A stretch of 27,714 nt of DNA, from the IMG/VR virus record IMGVR_UViG_3300023314_000009, positions 1 through 27,714 of that record. One strand, 5' to 3'. The notes below the pieces were generated by a model. The model had not been told where the DNA came from and did not search any database. It saw nothing but the letters and a program-made list of their open reading frames with translations. Shown piece by piece: positions 1 through 8,380 of the stretch; position 1 is the stretch's first letter; every line of letters starts with the position of its first letter. The DNA comes from a virus. Lineage: Duplodnaviria > Caudoviricetes. Both the position numbers and the translations under genes were made by a program.

Positions 1-365
1 CCATACTTTCTGTTCATCTCATCCAATGTAGATGGGAATTCCATAACACTTATTCTCATCATTCCTGAAGGAGCTTGTGAACTCCAACCTGTTTCAACTC
101 TATAAGCATATGGCTTATCATTAAATATTGTTACGCTATTATTTGTATACTCAATACCCCATGCCTCTCTTAAAGCACCTGGAGTGTAATCTTTAGGCCA
201 ATATGGGGGTTTCCATAAAGAAGGGTTCCCTATAGGAGTTCTTTCTACTATTCTGTCAAATAATTCTGTACATGCAGCAAAAAAAACTTCACGATCTGCC
301 TTAACTATTATTTCACATTGTCCTGTGAACTTTGATTGCCATTCACTAAAATTAGTTGTTGCCAT
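1..365 (-). CDS. HK97 gp10-like neck/tail-completion protein (3' end runs off window)
   Basis: Hand-translated from ATG 365: MATTNFSEWQ...RTPIGNPSLWK...GALREAW...IFNDKPYAYRVETGWSSQAPSGMMRIS. The 'N..PYA..E.G.S.QAP.GM' motif is typical of this family. Start overlaps the upstream stop (TAATG). Confidence 0.8.
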   Translation of the reverse strand, partial: MATTNFSEWQSKFTGQCEIIVKADREVFFAACTELFDRIVERTPIGNPSLWKPPYWPKDYTPGALREAWGIEYTNNSVTIFNDKPYAYRVETGWSSQAPSGMMRISVMEFPSTLDEMNRKY

Positions 366-718
366 TATTGTCTTAATTGTACTTTGTACATTACATCATC
401 ACCTTGAGCAGTGATAAGTTGTACAGCAATAGCTGTGTATTCTTTGCCATGCACTGTCATAACATCTGATGGCTTAGGTTCTTCTACTGTAGATAGAACT
501 AGTAATATATCGTCTTGTTGAATCACCACGCCATCTATTTCCGACTTATTATAATTAGATGGGTATCCTTTACCGGAATATGTTGTAGGAGTTAAATCTT
601 CTGCTGTTCCTGTGGCGGGGTCGTATGTAGTTACGCGTCTTTCAACTTCTACTGATTCCCCATATTGTGTCAACAGTCTTAATGCTGTGGCTGTCATTCT
701 ATCACTAAAAGCACCCAT
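365..718 (-). CDS. Head-closure / head-tail joining protein
   Basis: 117 aa with YDPATG motif and beta-rich pattern. Lies between adaptor and neck gene, translationally coupled on both sides. Confidence 0.7.
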   Translation of the reverse strand: MGAFSDRMTATALRLLTQYGESVEVERRVTTYDPATGTAEDLTPTTYSGKGYPSNYNKSEIDGVVIQQDDILLVLSTVEEPKPSDVMTVHGKEYTAIAVQLITAQGDDVMYKVQLRQ

Positions 719-1206
719 TAAGCTTTACTCACCACGACAGTGTTACCACCACCACTATTACCTAACAGCTTGTATAGCATTGCGTTAACTGTTTTAATTA
801 TAGGGGCTGAAGAACTTCCGTCCATGTATTCAACTTCAATTACATCTACACGTTCTCTTTTAACTGTTTGTGTCTGTGTAGCTAAAGGGTCATTACCCTC
901 ATCTATTGATATTGCTGTCTGCATTAAAGCATTTTTAAGCTGCATTGGTATTACGTCAGAGTCTATTAGACATTTATCAACGTATACGCAGTATCTAGGC
1001 CATTGTAGGGGCTGATCTTGACTAACCCTATACCCTTGGTACTGTAAGCTCTCAATGTAGTCCATAGCCCTTATTAGGAGGGTTTCTGGAGGTAGTGTTA
1101 ATGTAATGCCTCTGTTGCTAGCATAAGTGGTTAACTCGGCAGCACTAACGTAGCTATTAGCGTTTGGAACAATACTTCCATCTTCTACTATAATTGTTGC
1201 TACCAT
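718..1206 (-). CDS. Head-tail adaptor (DnaT-like phage family)
   Basis: IIVEDGS..PNANSYVS, QPLQWPR, IP.QLKNA, VKRERVDVIEVEY motifs. Downstream of capsid. Confidence 0.85.
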   Translation of the reverse strand: MVATIIVEDGSIVPNANSYVSAAELTTYASNRGITLTLPPETLLIRAMDYIESLQYQGYRVSQDQPLQWPRYCVYVDKCLIDSDVIPMQLKNALMQTAISIDEGNDPLATQTQTVKRERVDVIEVEYMDGSSSAPIIKTVNAMLYKLLGNSGGGNTVVVSKA

Positions 1207-1215
1207 TACATCCTC

Positions 1216-1395
1216 TTATTTAACTTCACAGTCTTTACAACCCCATTTATCTATAGGGCATTTACTTCCTGCATACATTGTCTTGAATGTCATGTTGCAG
1301 CCACATTTCTTACATTTGTTTCTTTCTGCGTTATAGAATGGACAGTCTTTACAAACTGCCAGTCGTTCTTCTTTATTTTCCGCCAGTAGTCTCAT
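1216..1395 (-). CDS. Small Cys-rich protein (DUF6171-like), 59 aa
   Basis: Not in ORF track. MRLLAENKEERLAVCKDCPFYNAERNKCKKCGCNMTFKTMYAGSKCPIDKWGCKDCEVK shows the R..C..C...C..CGC...K....CP..KW pattern. Confidence 0.75.
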   Translation of the reverse strand: MRLLAENKEERLAVCKDCPFYNAERNKCKKCGCNMTFKTMYAGSKCPIDKWGCKDCEVK

Positions 1396-1528
1396 TCTTT
1401 TTCTTATTCTTTTTGACAGGTTCTACTTCTTTAACCTCTACACCATATTCTTCGTGAATCTTTGGATCGAATTGATGTGCTGGTATAACTAGGAATGTAT
1501 CTCCATGTTTAATTCTTATTGTATTCAT
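1373..1528 (-). CDS. Small capsid-adjacent protein, 51 aa
   Basis: Not in ORF track. MNTIRIKHGDTFLVIPAHQFDPKIHEEYG...; GAGG RBS. An 'FDP..HE' small protein often follows P22-like coat genes. Confidence 0.65.
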   Translation of the reverse strand: MNTIRIKHGDTFLVIPAHQFDPKIHEEYGVEVKEVEPVKKNKKKNETTGGK

Positions 1529-1550
1529 TTGAACCTCTATAATCATCATT

Positions 1551-1577
1551 AATAAAGAGCCTCCGAAGAAGCTCTTT
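1551..1577 (-). terminator. Intrinsic terminator after major capsid gene
   Basis: Minus strand AAAGAGCTTC-TTCG-GAGGCTCTTT-ATT: a C(UUCG)G-capped stem with U-rich tail, 11 nt after the capsid stop. Confidence 0.85.
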
Positions 1578-1588
1578 AGAATTACCTA

Positions 1589-2740
1589 CTATTGTGGTAT
1601 GTAAACTGCCATTGCTGGTTTAACCATTTTAACGCCCCAAACTAAAGAAAGTTCGAAAGAGTTTGCACGGTAGCCAGGGTACTCAGATAACATCATTGTT
1701 AATCCTGACATTGGGTCAGTGATGTAAGAGCGGTTAGTAGCACGGTCACGACCACCTTGGATGTAAGGAGCACGTGTAGCTAATACAATAGCACGTCTGT
1801 GTAAAGCTAATTGACCACTTGGAGCAACAACAATTGCTACAGCAGCATTATCAGCTACGTTAGCAGCTAAAGGTTGAGCTAAAGTAATTACGTTACTTGC
1901 ATAAGAAACTACAGTGTAACGGTTAGTAGCAGCACCAAAAGTAACAACGTCACCAGCAAGAATAGTACCAGTTCCAGTGTCTACAGTTACAGTATAAGCT
2001 CCAGCAGTAGCAGCACCATTAACTAAGTAACCTGTTCCAGTTCCATTAACGTGGTTAGCATTAGCAAATTTAGATTCATGTAAACCAAAACCTAATAATT
2101 CTAAAAGGTTACCACGACGTAATGTTTCATCAGAAGCATTTTCGTTAGCACGTGTAATGTTGTAGAGGTTACGAACTTGAGCACCAGAAAGAGTGTTCAT
2201 TACTAAATGTAAATCACCATCATCAGGAGTGTTTGCATCAATTAACATCTTACGGATAAGAGTTAAATCTTTAATGTTGTCTGCTTGAGTACTGAATAAT
2301 GTTGCGTTAGAAGGAATGTAAACTTGAGCTGCATTGTAAGCAATTGCTGCAATAGAAGCTTCAACTTCGTTAACCAATGTACGCACTGCTTGTTGTACAG
2401 TTTGGTTACGCATGTTATCGGCATTGTAATTATAGCTGTTATTTAATGAAGCATCTTCTTCACCAGTGTAGCAGAAGCTAACACGACGGTTGTAGTTTAG
2501 AACCATGTTACCAACACCCCAAGCATCTCCATCAGCGCAAGGGAAGTCACAACAGTCTGCTGCAGCATCTTCTGCAGTCATTGTTGGAACTATTGGATAT
2601 TGAATTGTTTGACCATAAGCTGCTTTCGCTGCTTCCATATTTTGCCATACGGCTGGGATAAACCCAATTTGCTCACGTAGAACTGTGTCTAAGTTAGCTT
2701 GTACGCTAGTTATTAACGTACCAAAATTATTTGCTGCCAT
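1589..2740 (-). CDS. Major capsid protein (P22 coat/gp5-like, with insertion domain)
   Basis: 383 aa. D.V.RE..GFIPAV start, GTGTILAGDVVTF insertion domain, LA.H..AI.LA.R and C-terminal ..WGVK.VKP. Follows scaffold. Confidence 0.9.
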   Translation of the reverse strand: MAANNFGTLITSVQANLDTVLREQIGFIPAVWQNMEAAKAAYGQTIQYPIVPTMTAEDAAADCCDFPCADGDAWGVGNMVLNYNRRVSFCYTGEEDASLNNSYNYNADNMRNQTVQQAVRTLVNEVEASIAAIAYNAAQVYIPSNATLFSTQADNIKDLTLIRKMLIDANTPDDGDLHLVMNTLSGAQVRNLYNITRANENASDETLRRGNLLELLGFGLHESKFANANHVNGTGTGYLVNGAATAGAYTVTVDTGTGTILAGDVVTFGAATNRYTVVSYASNVITLAQPLAANVADNAAVAIVVAPSGQLALHRRAIVLATRAPYIQGGRDRATNRSYITDPMSGLTMMLSEYPGYRANSFELSLVWGVKMVKPAMAVYIPQ

Positions 2741-2760
2741 TTAAAATGTATTCCTATTGG

Positions 2761-3420
2761 TTATATAATTTGTGCTTTGCCGGCTTGCACCTGCTTTGCG
2801 AATTCTAATTGTTTCATTGGTGTCAACTTATTGTAATCATCCATTGACAACTGTTTTGTATCATTTCCCGCACTGCGAGTGTTACCGGGAGCACTACCCC
2901 CAATAGCTTTACTGCCTCCTAGTAAAGGAGCATATTTTGCATCTTTTTCGAACTGTTCTTTAATACCTTGTATTACATCTTGTTCTACAGTTCCGTAGTC
3001 ATCAGCAATTTTGCCTAGACTATTTGCCACGAAGTTACTTAAAAGCTCAGCTTTGTATGCATCTCCTTTGGCTAACTCATTTGCTATTCTTATAGCCTGT
3101 CCGTTAATCTTTTCGTCTCGTCTTTCTTTTCTGTCTTGAGCTAGCTGGTTTGCAAGAGTTTGTTTTTCTTCTTGTGCTTGCTTATAGAGCTTCTCAAATT
3201 CACCGTTCTTTTCTGCTGTTGTAAGCTGTTCTTTCTTAGCTTGTTCAGCTAATTCAGCTTGCCTACGTTTCTCTTCTTTAGCAGCTTTGGTTTCTTTTAA
3301 TAATTCATCTTTCTTATTGGCTAATGCTTCTATTGCTTTCTGTGCTTCTGCCAACTGGTGACGTAATGTCTCCACTTCATTTACTTCTACTTGTTCTACT
3401 ACGATTGTTTCATCGCTCAT
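2761..3420 (-). CDS. Capsid scaffolding protein
   Basis: 219 aa charged coiled coil (K.DELL.E.K, GEFEKLY, GGSAPG) directly upstream of MCP. Confidence 0.8.
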   Translation of the reverse strand: MSDETIVVEQVEVNEVETLRHQLAEAQKAIEALANKKDELLKETKAAKEEKRRQAELAEQAKKEQLTTAEKNGEFEKLYKQAQEEKQTLANQLAQDRKERRDEKINGQAIRIANELAKGDAYKAELLSNFVANSLGKIADDYGTVEQDVIQGIKEQFEKDAKYAPLLGGSKAIGGSAPGNTRSAGNDTKQLSMDDYNKLTPMKQLEFAKQVQAGKAQII

Positions 3421-3572
3421 TCTTCATCCTCAGGATTAAAATATTCATCAAGCTCACGGAGCTCTTCTATTGTAAGAATACCGTGTCTTACGTCACCATT
3501 ATCAAGAACATTCTTGACAAATTCTTCAGGCTGTGTTTGCAGCCATATGTACAGTGGACTAGAAGTCCGCAT
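3417..3572 (-). CDS. 51-aa protein resembling the C-terminal segment of gp7-like head morphogenesis proteins
   Basis: Not in ORF track. MRTSSPLYIWLQTQPEEFVKNVLDNGDVRHGILTIEELRELDEYFNPEDEE; stop overlaps scaffold ATG (ATGA). An alternative in-frame ATG lies at 3581. Confidence 0.65.
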   Translation of the reverse strand: MRTSSPLYIWLQTQPEEFVKNVLDNGDVRHGILTIEELRELDEYFNPEDEE

Positions 3573-4311
3573 CGTCTTCATCCTCTCCTAGTATTGGAAT
3601 CAATGTACATCCACAGTTGCTATGTGCTGGCACTTCATCCGAAACTTCTTCTAGGTCGTAGGGACCGCCATTAGCCATGTCTTCACAGTAAGGACAGTTA
3701 TTAAGTTCTAAATCAAGAACCCATTCAACCTGCATCCCACTTTCGTTAGCTACTGTGGACCTTACCTCGCTAGCTACGGACAATAAAGCAAGCCCTGCTA
3801 ATGCGAAATTCTGTGTTGTAAATAAGCCGTTTGTTCTATCTTCAATCTCATCCTGTAGCTCTTCATCGTCCCATTCTTCAAGCTGTGCATCATTTACAAT
3901 TTGTGTATACTGACGAGCCTTACTAGTTGCAAACTGTCTGTAAGCATTCTCTATGTTACGTTTAGGAGCATCTATTGAAGTGTTTATTAAAACATCTCTA
4001 GCTATCTGATTAACTTGTTGCTCAGACAAAGCCTCTGCATTTGAGGCATCGTATTTCTTTATTTTCTTGTACGTATATTCAGCTTCGTATTGTGCTAGCT
4101 CTTGTACAAGCTTTAAAGCTGCTTCAGGTATTAAATTCAAATCCCTTTGTAGTTTAAATTGTAAGTTTAAAAAATCCTTTCTCTTTATAGCTTTTAATAT
4201 TGTATCTTTAGCCTTGTCTAAATACTTCTTAGTAGCCTTGGCCTGTGTACCCACCATTCTCATCAGGAGAAGCTGGTGCCGTAATAGTTCGTCTCTCAGT
4301 GTTGTTGCCAT
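3559..4311 (-). CDS. Head morphogenesis / minor capsid protein (SPP1 gp7 / Mu gpF-like)
   Basis: Follows portal. CPYC...PAHSNCGCTLIP matches the C..C...P.H.NCRC motif. Confidence 0.8.
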   Translation of the reverse strand: MATTLRDELLRHQLLLMRMVGTQAKATKKYLDKAKDTILKAIKRKDFLNLQFKLQRDLNLIPEAALKLVQELAQYEAEYTYKKIKKYDASNAEALSEQQVNQIARDVLINTSIDAPKRNIENAYRQFATSKARQYTQIVNDAQLEEWDDEELQDEIEDRTNGLFTTQNFALAGLALLSVASEVRSTVANESGMQVEWVLDLELNNCPYCEDMANGGPYDLEEVSDEVPAHSNCGCTLIPILGEDEDDADF

Positions 4312-5662
4312 TGTCTATATACGCATCTGCTAAAGGGTCTGTGGTTAAGTCAACATTAAGCTCAATGTCCGTGTCTAAAGAGTCTTTATTAATTACACCT
4401 ACACGACGTCCATAATCTCTTATTTCATCGGCTGAAACAATTCCTCTATCAAACCATGCAGTGTAACTATTCATAACATTACCGTCTGCAACTTCTTCGT
4501 AGAATTGATCATTAAGTTTATAGTATACAGATGTTTCATTAGCACCCATAAACTGACATAATATTTTTAATGCTTTCTCAATACCCCAAGAAGCATTGTA
4601 TGAGATTGTAGACAGGGAACTTGTTTGACTAGAAGCTCTTAATCTAGCTGCTTCTGCTGTCTCTCTAGAACCTTCTGCTTTCTCAATCATCCTAGCACCA
4701 ATCTTCTGTGCTTGGTCTAACTTGTCATTCATTGCTTGAGCAACTAACTGGTTAGGATTAGCTTGTAGTAGTGAAGCTGAACCACCGTTAGGTAGAACTA
4801 ATCCTCTACGGCTTCCATAAGCCACACCAGAGGGGTTTGCTGCTGCGAACTCTTCAGCTGAACTCTCACCTACGTTAATAACTAAATAAGGCTGTCCGTT
4901 GAGCCATATGGACTCTTGGTAATCTGCTGAATCTTGGTAGTGTGAACGATTAAGAATCGCCATGTCATACATAGGTTCTTTATCTACTTTAGCGTCATTA
5001 TCATCTGAACCTAAGAATACAAAAGGAATGTATGTAAAAGGATTGCCTTCAAAATCTAATGGAACTATTCTATCACCTAGAGGCTCTAATCCTGCATCAA
5101 ATATTTGCTGTGTATAAATGCCATTATCCATAACAAGAACTCTATATTGTATAGTAGTTTCTTGACAGAATATGTCATTATAATCTAGTACAACTGTTTC
5201 TGTAAGTACTATTAACCATGGTTGAACAGTGCCATTAACTAACCCTGTCTTCCAATTAATAATTGACTCTGCACAATAAGGCTTTATGTAAGCCCTACCG
5301 TTTTCATTATTATAGTCTAGTAATAGACCATATCTTCCAATCTGAATAAGTTCTGATACAGCACTTTGACTAAACTGCCAAATGTTTATACCTGAACCTG
5401 TAGCATCCTCAAAAAGATAGTCTAACTCAGGAGGTAAGGAAAGTTTTAATTTTTTGCTGAACACTAATCCAACTAAAGCTTCTAATGTAAAAGAAGTAAA
5501 GTTAACTAGTACAGCGTCTTCTTTATACTGCTCATTGCGACACATGTCCTCTTTATCTGGACTACGTAAATAACATTTAGCATCATTATTAATGATTGCT
5601 CTAATAAGGTTATATCGTGGCAAGGCACAGTGGTATTCTGGGTGTTGGTCGTTGACCGGCAT
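4229..5662 (-). CDS. Portal protein (DUF4055 type)
   Basis: 477 aa. HPEY start, GRYGLL.D, IINW, IPFVF.G, LN..HY..SAD, IGAR, ETAEAA motifs. Downstream of TerL. Confidence 0.9.
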   Translation of the reverse strand: MPVNDQHPEYHCALPRYNLIRAIINNDAKCYLRSPDKEDMCRNEQYKEDAVLVNFTSFTLEALVGLVFSKKLKLSLPPELDYLFEDATGSGINIWQFSQSAVSELIQIGRYGLLLDYNNENGRAYIKPYCAESIINWKTGLVNGTVQPWLIVLTETVVLDYNDIFCQETTIQYRVLVMDNGIYTQQIFDAGLEPLGDRIVPLDFEGNPFTYIPFVFLGSDDNDAKVDKEPMYDMAILNRSHYQDSADYQESIWLNGQPYLVINVGESSAEEFAAANPSGVAYGSRRGLVLPNGGSASLLQANPNQLVAQAMNDKLDQAQKIGARMIEKAEGSRETAEAARLRASSQTSSLSTISYNASWGIEKALKILCQFMGANETSVYYKLNDQFYEEVADGNVMNSYTAWFDRGIVSADEIRDYGRRVGVINKDSLDTDIELNVDLTTDPLADAYIDNGNNTERRTITAPASPDENGGYTGQGY

Positions 5663-5665
5663 ATT

Positions 5666-6988
5666 CTATCTCTTTTGCGCAAAAGAAAAAGGTATTTTAA
5701 AAATACTCTGTTTAAAATTAAAGCTATAAAATACTCTGTATCCTAAGCCGTCTAGAGGATGGTCGTATCCACTCTTCTTGTCTGGATCACCATTCTTGTC
5801 GTAAGCTTGTTGCTCAAGACATTTGGTAATTTCAGGACATTCTATTGTGTTTACAAATAATCTAATATCCGCAAACAGTTGGTTAACACATGCCACCCTA
5901 TCTTTAATCCTAGGATTATGGCCTTTAGCCCGTACTTCAAATCCAGCTGCTTTTAATAAAGCTATATCACTAGAACTTGCATTGTTAGTTTGTCTCTTAA
6001 CGCCTGTGGCATCAGGATACATTATAACTATATTGTTGGGCCATCTTTTCTTTATTTCTGCTATTAAATCTGGTGTATCGTATTTATTAACTATCTCTGA
6101 AACTATGGAACTTACGCCACCATCGTCTACAAAGACTATACCGCATGTCTTACCAACGTTAAAGTCACAACCTATATGTAATATATCTGTAGGCTTAACT
6201 TGTCTTGCAGTGAAGTGGGTGTGCCTATCAAATGTATAATAAACTGAACCACTCTCTAAGTTAACAAACTCACCTTCCATGTATGCTCTTAATAAAGCAC
6301 CAGGATATGTTCTTTTTAAACCGTCTAAATATTGTTCTGTTAGCGTAGGATTATCTTGTGTCCTACCTCTAAAGATTTTAAAGTCGGGATTACGTAAAGC
6401 ATTCTCACTATGTTCGTCCCACATTTTGTGACAGAACTTAAATCCCTCAGGAGTAGTGTATGCACTTATCTTATTAACACACTCCCATCGTTGTGACTTA
6501 TCTGACCAAACTCTATGTTCTTTTGGAACATCTTTAGGGGCCTGTCTATTACGCCCCATTATCTTAAAGAAGGCTGCCTCAGCTTTGTCTGACGGAAGTG
6601 TGTCTAATTCATCTATGTGGCTTCTATAGGTTTCATATCCTACTAAGGACTCCACATTGTCCATGCTCTTGAATTGGAAATCTCCAATACCAGGAGAGCT
6701 TGTATATATTGCTTGATCTGCTTTGTTGAGTGTATACTTTATACCAAACTCATCTAACCAGAAACTAATTCTTGGTATTGCTACCTGTCTTACAAGGGAA
6801 TAATCTGGCTCGTATACGCCTATAATGGCATTAGAGCTATGCATTGCGTCTGTTACAGCACAGAACCCCATTACGTGGGATTTACCAGCACCATAGCCAG
6901 CACAGAACAAAGGGTATAACGCTTCGCTATTTACGAACTCAGTCTGACTCTTTGTCAAACTTACTGTCACTTCCTTTGGCATACTCAC
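5666..6988 (-). CDS. terL: Terminase large subunit
   Basis: Walker A AGYGAGKS, Walker B IDELD, TTPEG, nuclease motifs GCDFNV, YPDATG, DHPLDGLGY. Start may be ATG 6982. Confidence 0.95.
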   Translation of the reverse strand: MSMPKEVTVSLTKSQTEFVNSEALYPLFCAGYGAGKSHVMGFCAVTDAMHSSNAIIGVYEPDYSLVRQVAIPRISFWLDEFGIKYTLNKADQAIYTSSPGIGDFQFKSMDNVESLVGYETYRSHIDELDTLPSDKAEAAFFKIMGRNRQAPKDVPKEHRVWSDKSQRWECVNKISAYTTPEGFKFCHKMWDEHSENALRNPDFKIFRGRTQDNPTLTEQYLDGLKRTYPGALLRAYMEGEFVNLESGSVYYTFDRHTHFTARQVKPTDILHIGCDFNVGKTCGIVFVDDGGVSSIVSEIVNKYDTPDLIAEIKKRWPNNIVIMYPDATGVKRQTNNASSSDIALLKAAGFEVRAKGHNPRIKDRVACVNQLFADIRLFVNTIECPEITKCLEQQAYDKNGDPDKKSGYDHPLDGLGYRVFYSFNFKQSIFKIPFSFAQKR

Positions 6989-7382
6989 CCTCTATTACAG
7001 CCCCTAAGCTAAGCTGTTCTCTCGTAGGGAGCATCTCTATTTTAATTGTTCTTATTTGTTCTTCGTGTTTGTGTTCAACTTCTTGCTTATCTACATAACC
7101 GGCTTCATTCTTAAGAGCCATGTTAATAACACCAGCATTGCCACTAACTTTACCACAAGCTACGTCACGTTGAACTTGTCTCCACCATGCAATCTTGTGT
7201 TGTTCACCTATTAGGTGAGCTTCTTCAAACTTCTCGAAGGTTTTACGCCATCCATTATAGGCATTAACCGTAACACCCCAAATGCTACAAACCTCTTCAA
7301 TACTTAAACCATCTTTGCGTAGGCCATTTCTTAAATCTTTAGCATACTTAGGACGATATTTACTATTGCCGTGTTTATTCAT
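6939..7382 (-). CDS. terS: Terminase small subunit
   Basis: N-terminal SKY.P plus HTH (SIEEVC..WGV.....W...F), MALKN..GY.DKQEVEH. Directly upstream of TerL. Confidence 0.8.
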   Translation of the reverse strand: MNKHGNSKYRPKYAKDLRNGLRKDGLSIEEVCSIWGVTVNAYNGWRKTFEKFEEAHLIGEQHKIAWWRQVQRDVACGKVSGNAGVINMALKNEAGYVDKQEVEHKHEEQIRTIKIEMLPTREQLSLGAVIEGEYAKGSDSKFDKESD

Positions 7383-7624
7383 TTGAAATTCTTTTCGAGC
7401 ATCTCTCTGATCTCTTTAATATCGCGAGAAGTGAATTTAAATTCTGTTCTCATCTCTAATAGAGCTTTCTCAAGCTCAGACATTCTGTTAGCGTGCACTT
7501 CAAGCTTACCTTCAATCTTCTCTTGTTTAACTTCTAGCTTTTTATACATATGAAAACATAATGTTCCTACAGGTGTACCTATAAGAAATGCTAATTTTAT
7601 TATTTCTATAAGACCCGTTTCCAA
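7379..7624 (-). CDS. Single-TM coiled-coil membrane protein (holin/antiholin-like)
   Basis: N-terminal hydrophobic segment, then coiled coil ending DIKEIREML. Adjacent to holin. Confidence 0.5.
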   Translation of the reverse strand: METGLIEIIKLAFLIGTPVGTLCFHMYKKLEVKQEKIEGKLEVHANRMSELEKALLEMRTEFKFTSRDIKEIREMLEKNFK

Positions 7625-7627
7625 TTG

Positions 7628-8137
7628 TTATTTCCTTGCTTCGTCCAATGCAGTGTTTAATGCATCAACTTGATCTTGTGTCATTCCTTGCGTGAAGAGC
7701 TTTGCTCTCACAGTGTCAAAGAATTTTTGACTATTAAATTTAGCTGCTGCGTAGCTCTTTATACCATCAACACCAATGTAACCGCCTAAGCCTATAGACA
7801 ATACAGTCCAATATTCTGTAGGTATTGGTAAAGCTGGGATATCATAACCAGCTGCTCTCAGTATAGGAAATAAAACCCAATTAACAGGATATGTTAACAT
7901 AAGGCAATACATTAAATGGGGGCGCCAGTTGCGTGCTGCGTAGCTTTGACTATTAGCTTCTGCTACAATAACTTTGCTTTGGCTTTCCATTTTAGCTGCA
8001 TCAGCAGCGTCTTGTTGAGCTTGTGCTTGAGCAAGAACCTTCTCCATCTCAATCTTGGCTTCGTCTTGCTTGGCTTTGTCGGGAAATATTCTGTCAACTA
8101 ATGTTGAGAACAATGGAATAAGGGCTAGGAAATTCAT
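7628..8137 (-). CDS. Holin (3TM / gene-transfer-agent holin family) with C-terminal extension
   Basis: LVDRIFPD, EA.S......WRP, and LSIGLGGYIG motifs with hydrophobic helices. Confidence 0.8.
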   Translation of the reverse strand: MNFLALIPLFSTLVDRIFPDKAKQDEAKIEMEKVLAQAQAQQDAADAAKMESQSKVIVAEANSQSYAARNWRPHLMYCLMLTYPVNWVLFPILRAAGYDIPALPIPTEYWTVLSIGLGGYIGVDGIKSYAAAKFNSQKFFDTVRAKLFTQGMTQDQVDALNTALDEARK

Positions 8138-8150
8138 TTATGAGGGATTC

Positions 8151-8246
8151 TTAATTTTTTATTTTATAATATAAAGCTACGATTTTATCTTTTAGGAAAC
8201 AACCAGCTACGAAACCTACACCACCTGCAATTAATATATTTATCAT
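8151..8246 (-). CDS. 31-aa single-TM peptide
   Basis: Not in ORF track. MINILIAGGVGFVAGCFLKDKIVALYYKIKN; first ORF after the 8352-8380 promoter; weak RBS. Confidence 0.55.
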   Translation of the reverse strand: MINILIAGGVGFVAGCFLKDKIVALYYKIKN

Positions 8247-8263
8247 TTGTATTCTCTTTTTGA

Positions 8264-8345
8264 AATAGATAAAGGAGCTAAGAGATCGTTGGGAGAGACT
8301 ATCGTCATGAATATGAACATATAGCTACGATTTAGCTCCGTTTTT
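8264..8345 (-). ncRNA. Structured leader / candidate sRNA
   Basis: Nested pairings GGAGCTAA(8274-81)/TTAGCTCC(8332-39), ATCGT/ACGAT, CTAT/ATAG, TCAT/ATGA. Begins just after the predicted TSS and is followed by a U-rich run. Confidence 0.5.
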
Positions 8346-8351
8346 TATTTA

Positions 8352-8380
8352 ATTATAACATCTATTTTCAAATCTGTCAA
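8352..8380 (-). promoter_or_regulatory. Consensus sigma70 promoter heading the lysis/packaging/structural operon
   Basis: Minus strand TTGACA-17 nt-TATAAT, a perfect match. The -35 overlaps the HNH gene stop codon. Confidence 0.85.

Noticed and set aside
7379-8246. Complete lysis cassette (endolysin, spanins)
   Set aside because: No catalytic endolysin or lipobox spanin is recognisable here; they probably lie outside the window.
8264-8345. tRNA or known riboswitch
   Set aside because: Single long hairpin with no cloverleaf, T-loop or aptamer consensus that I recognise.
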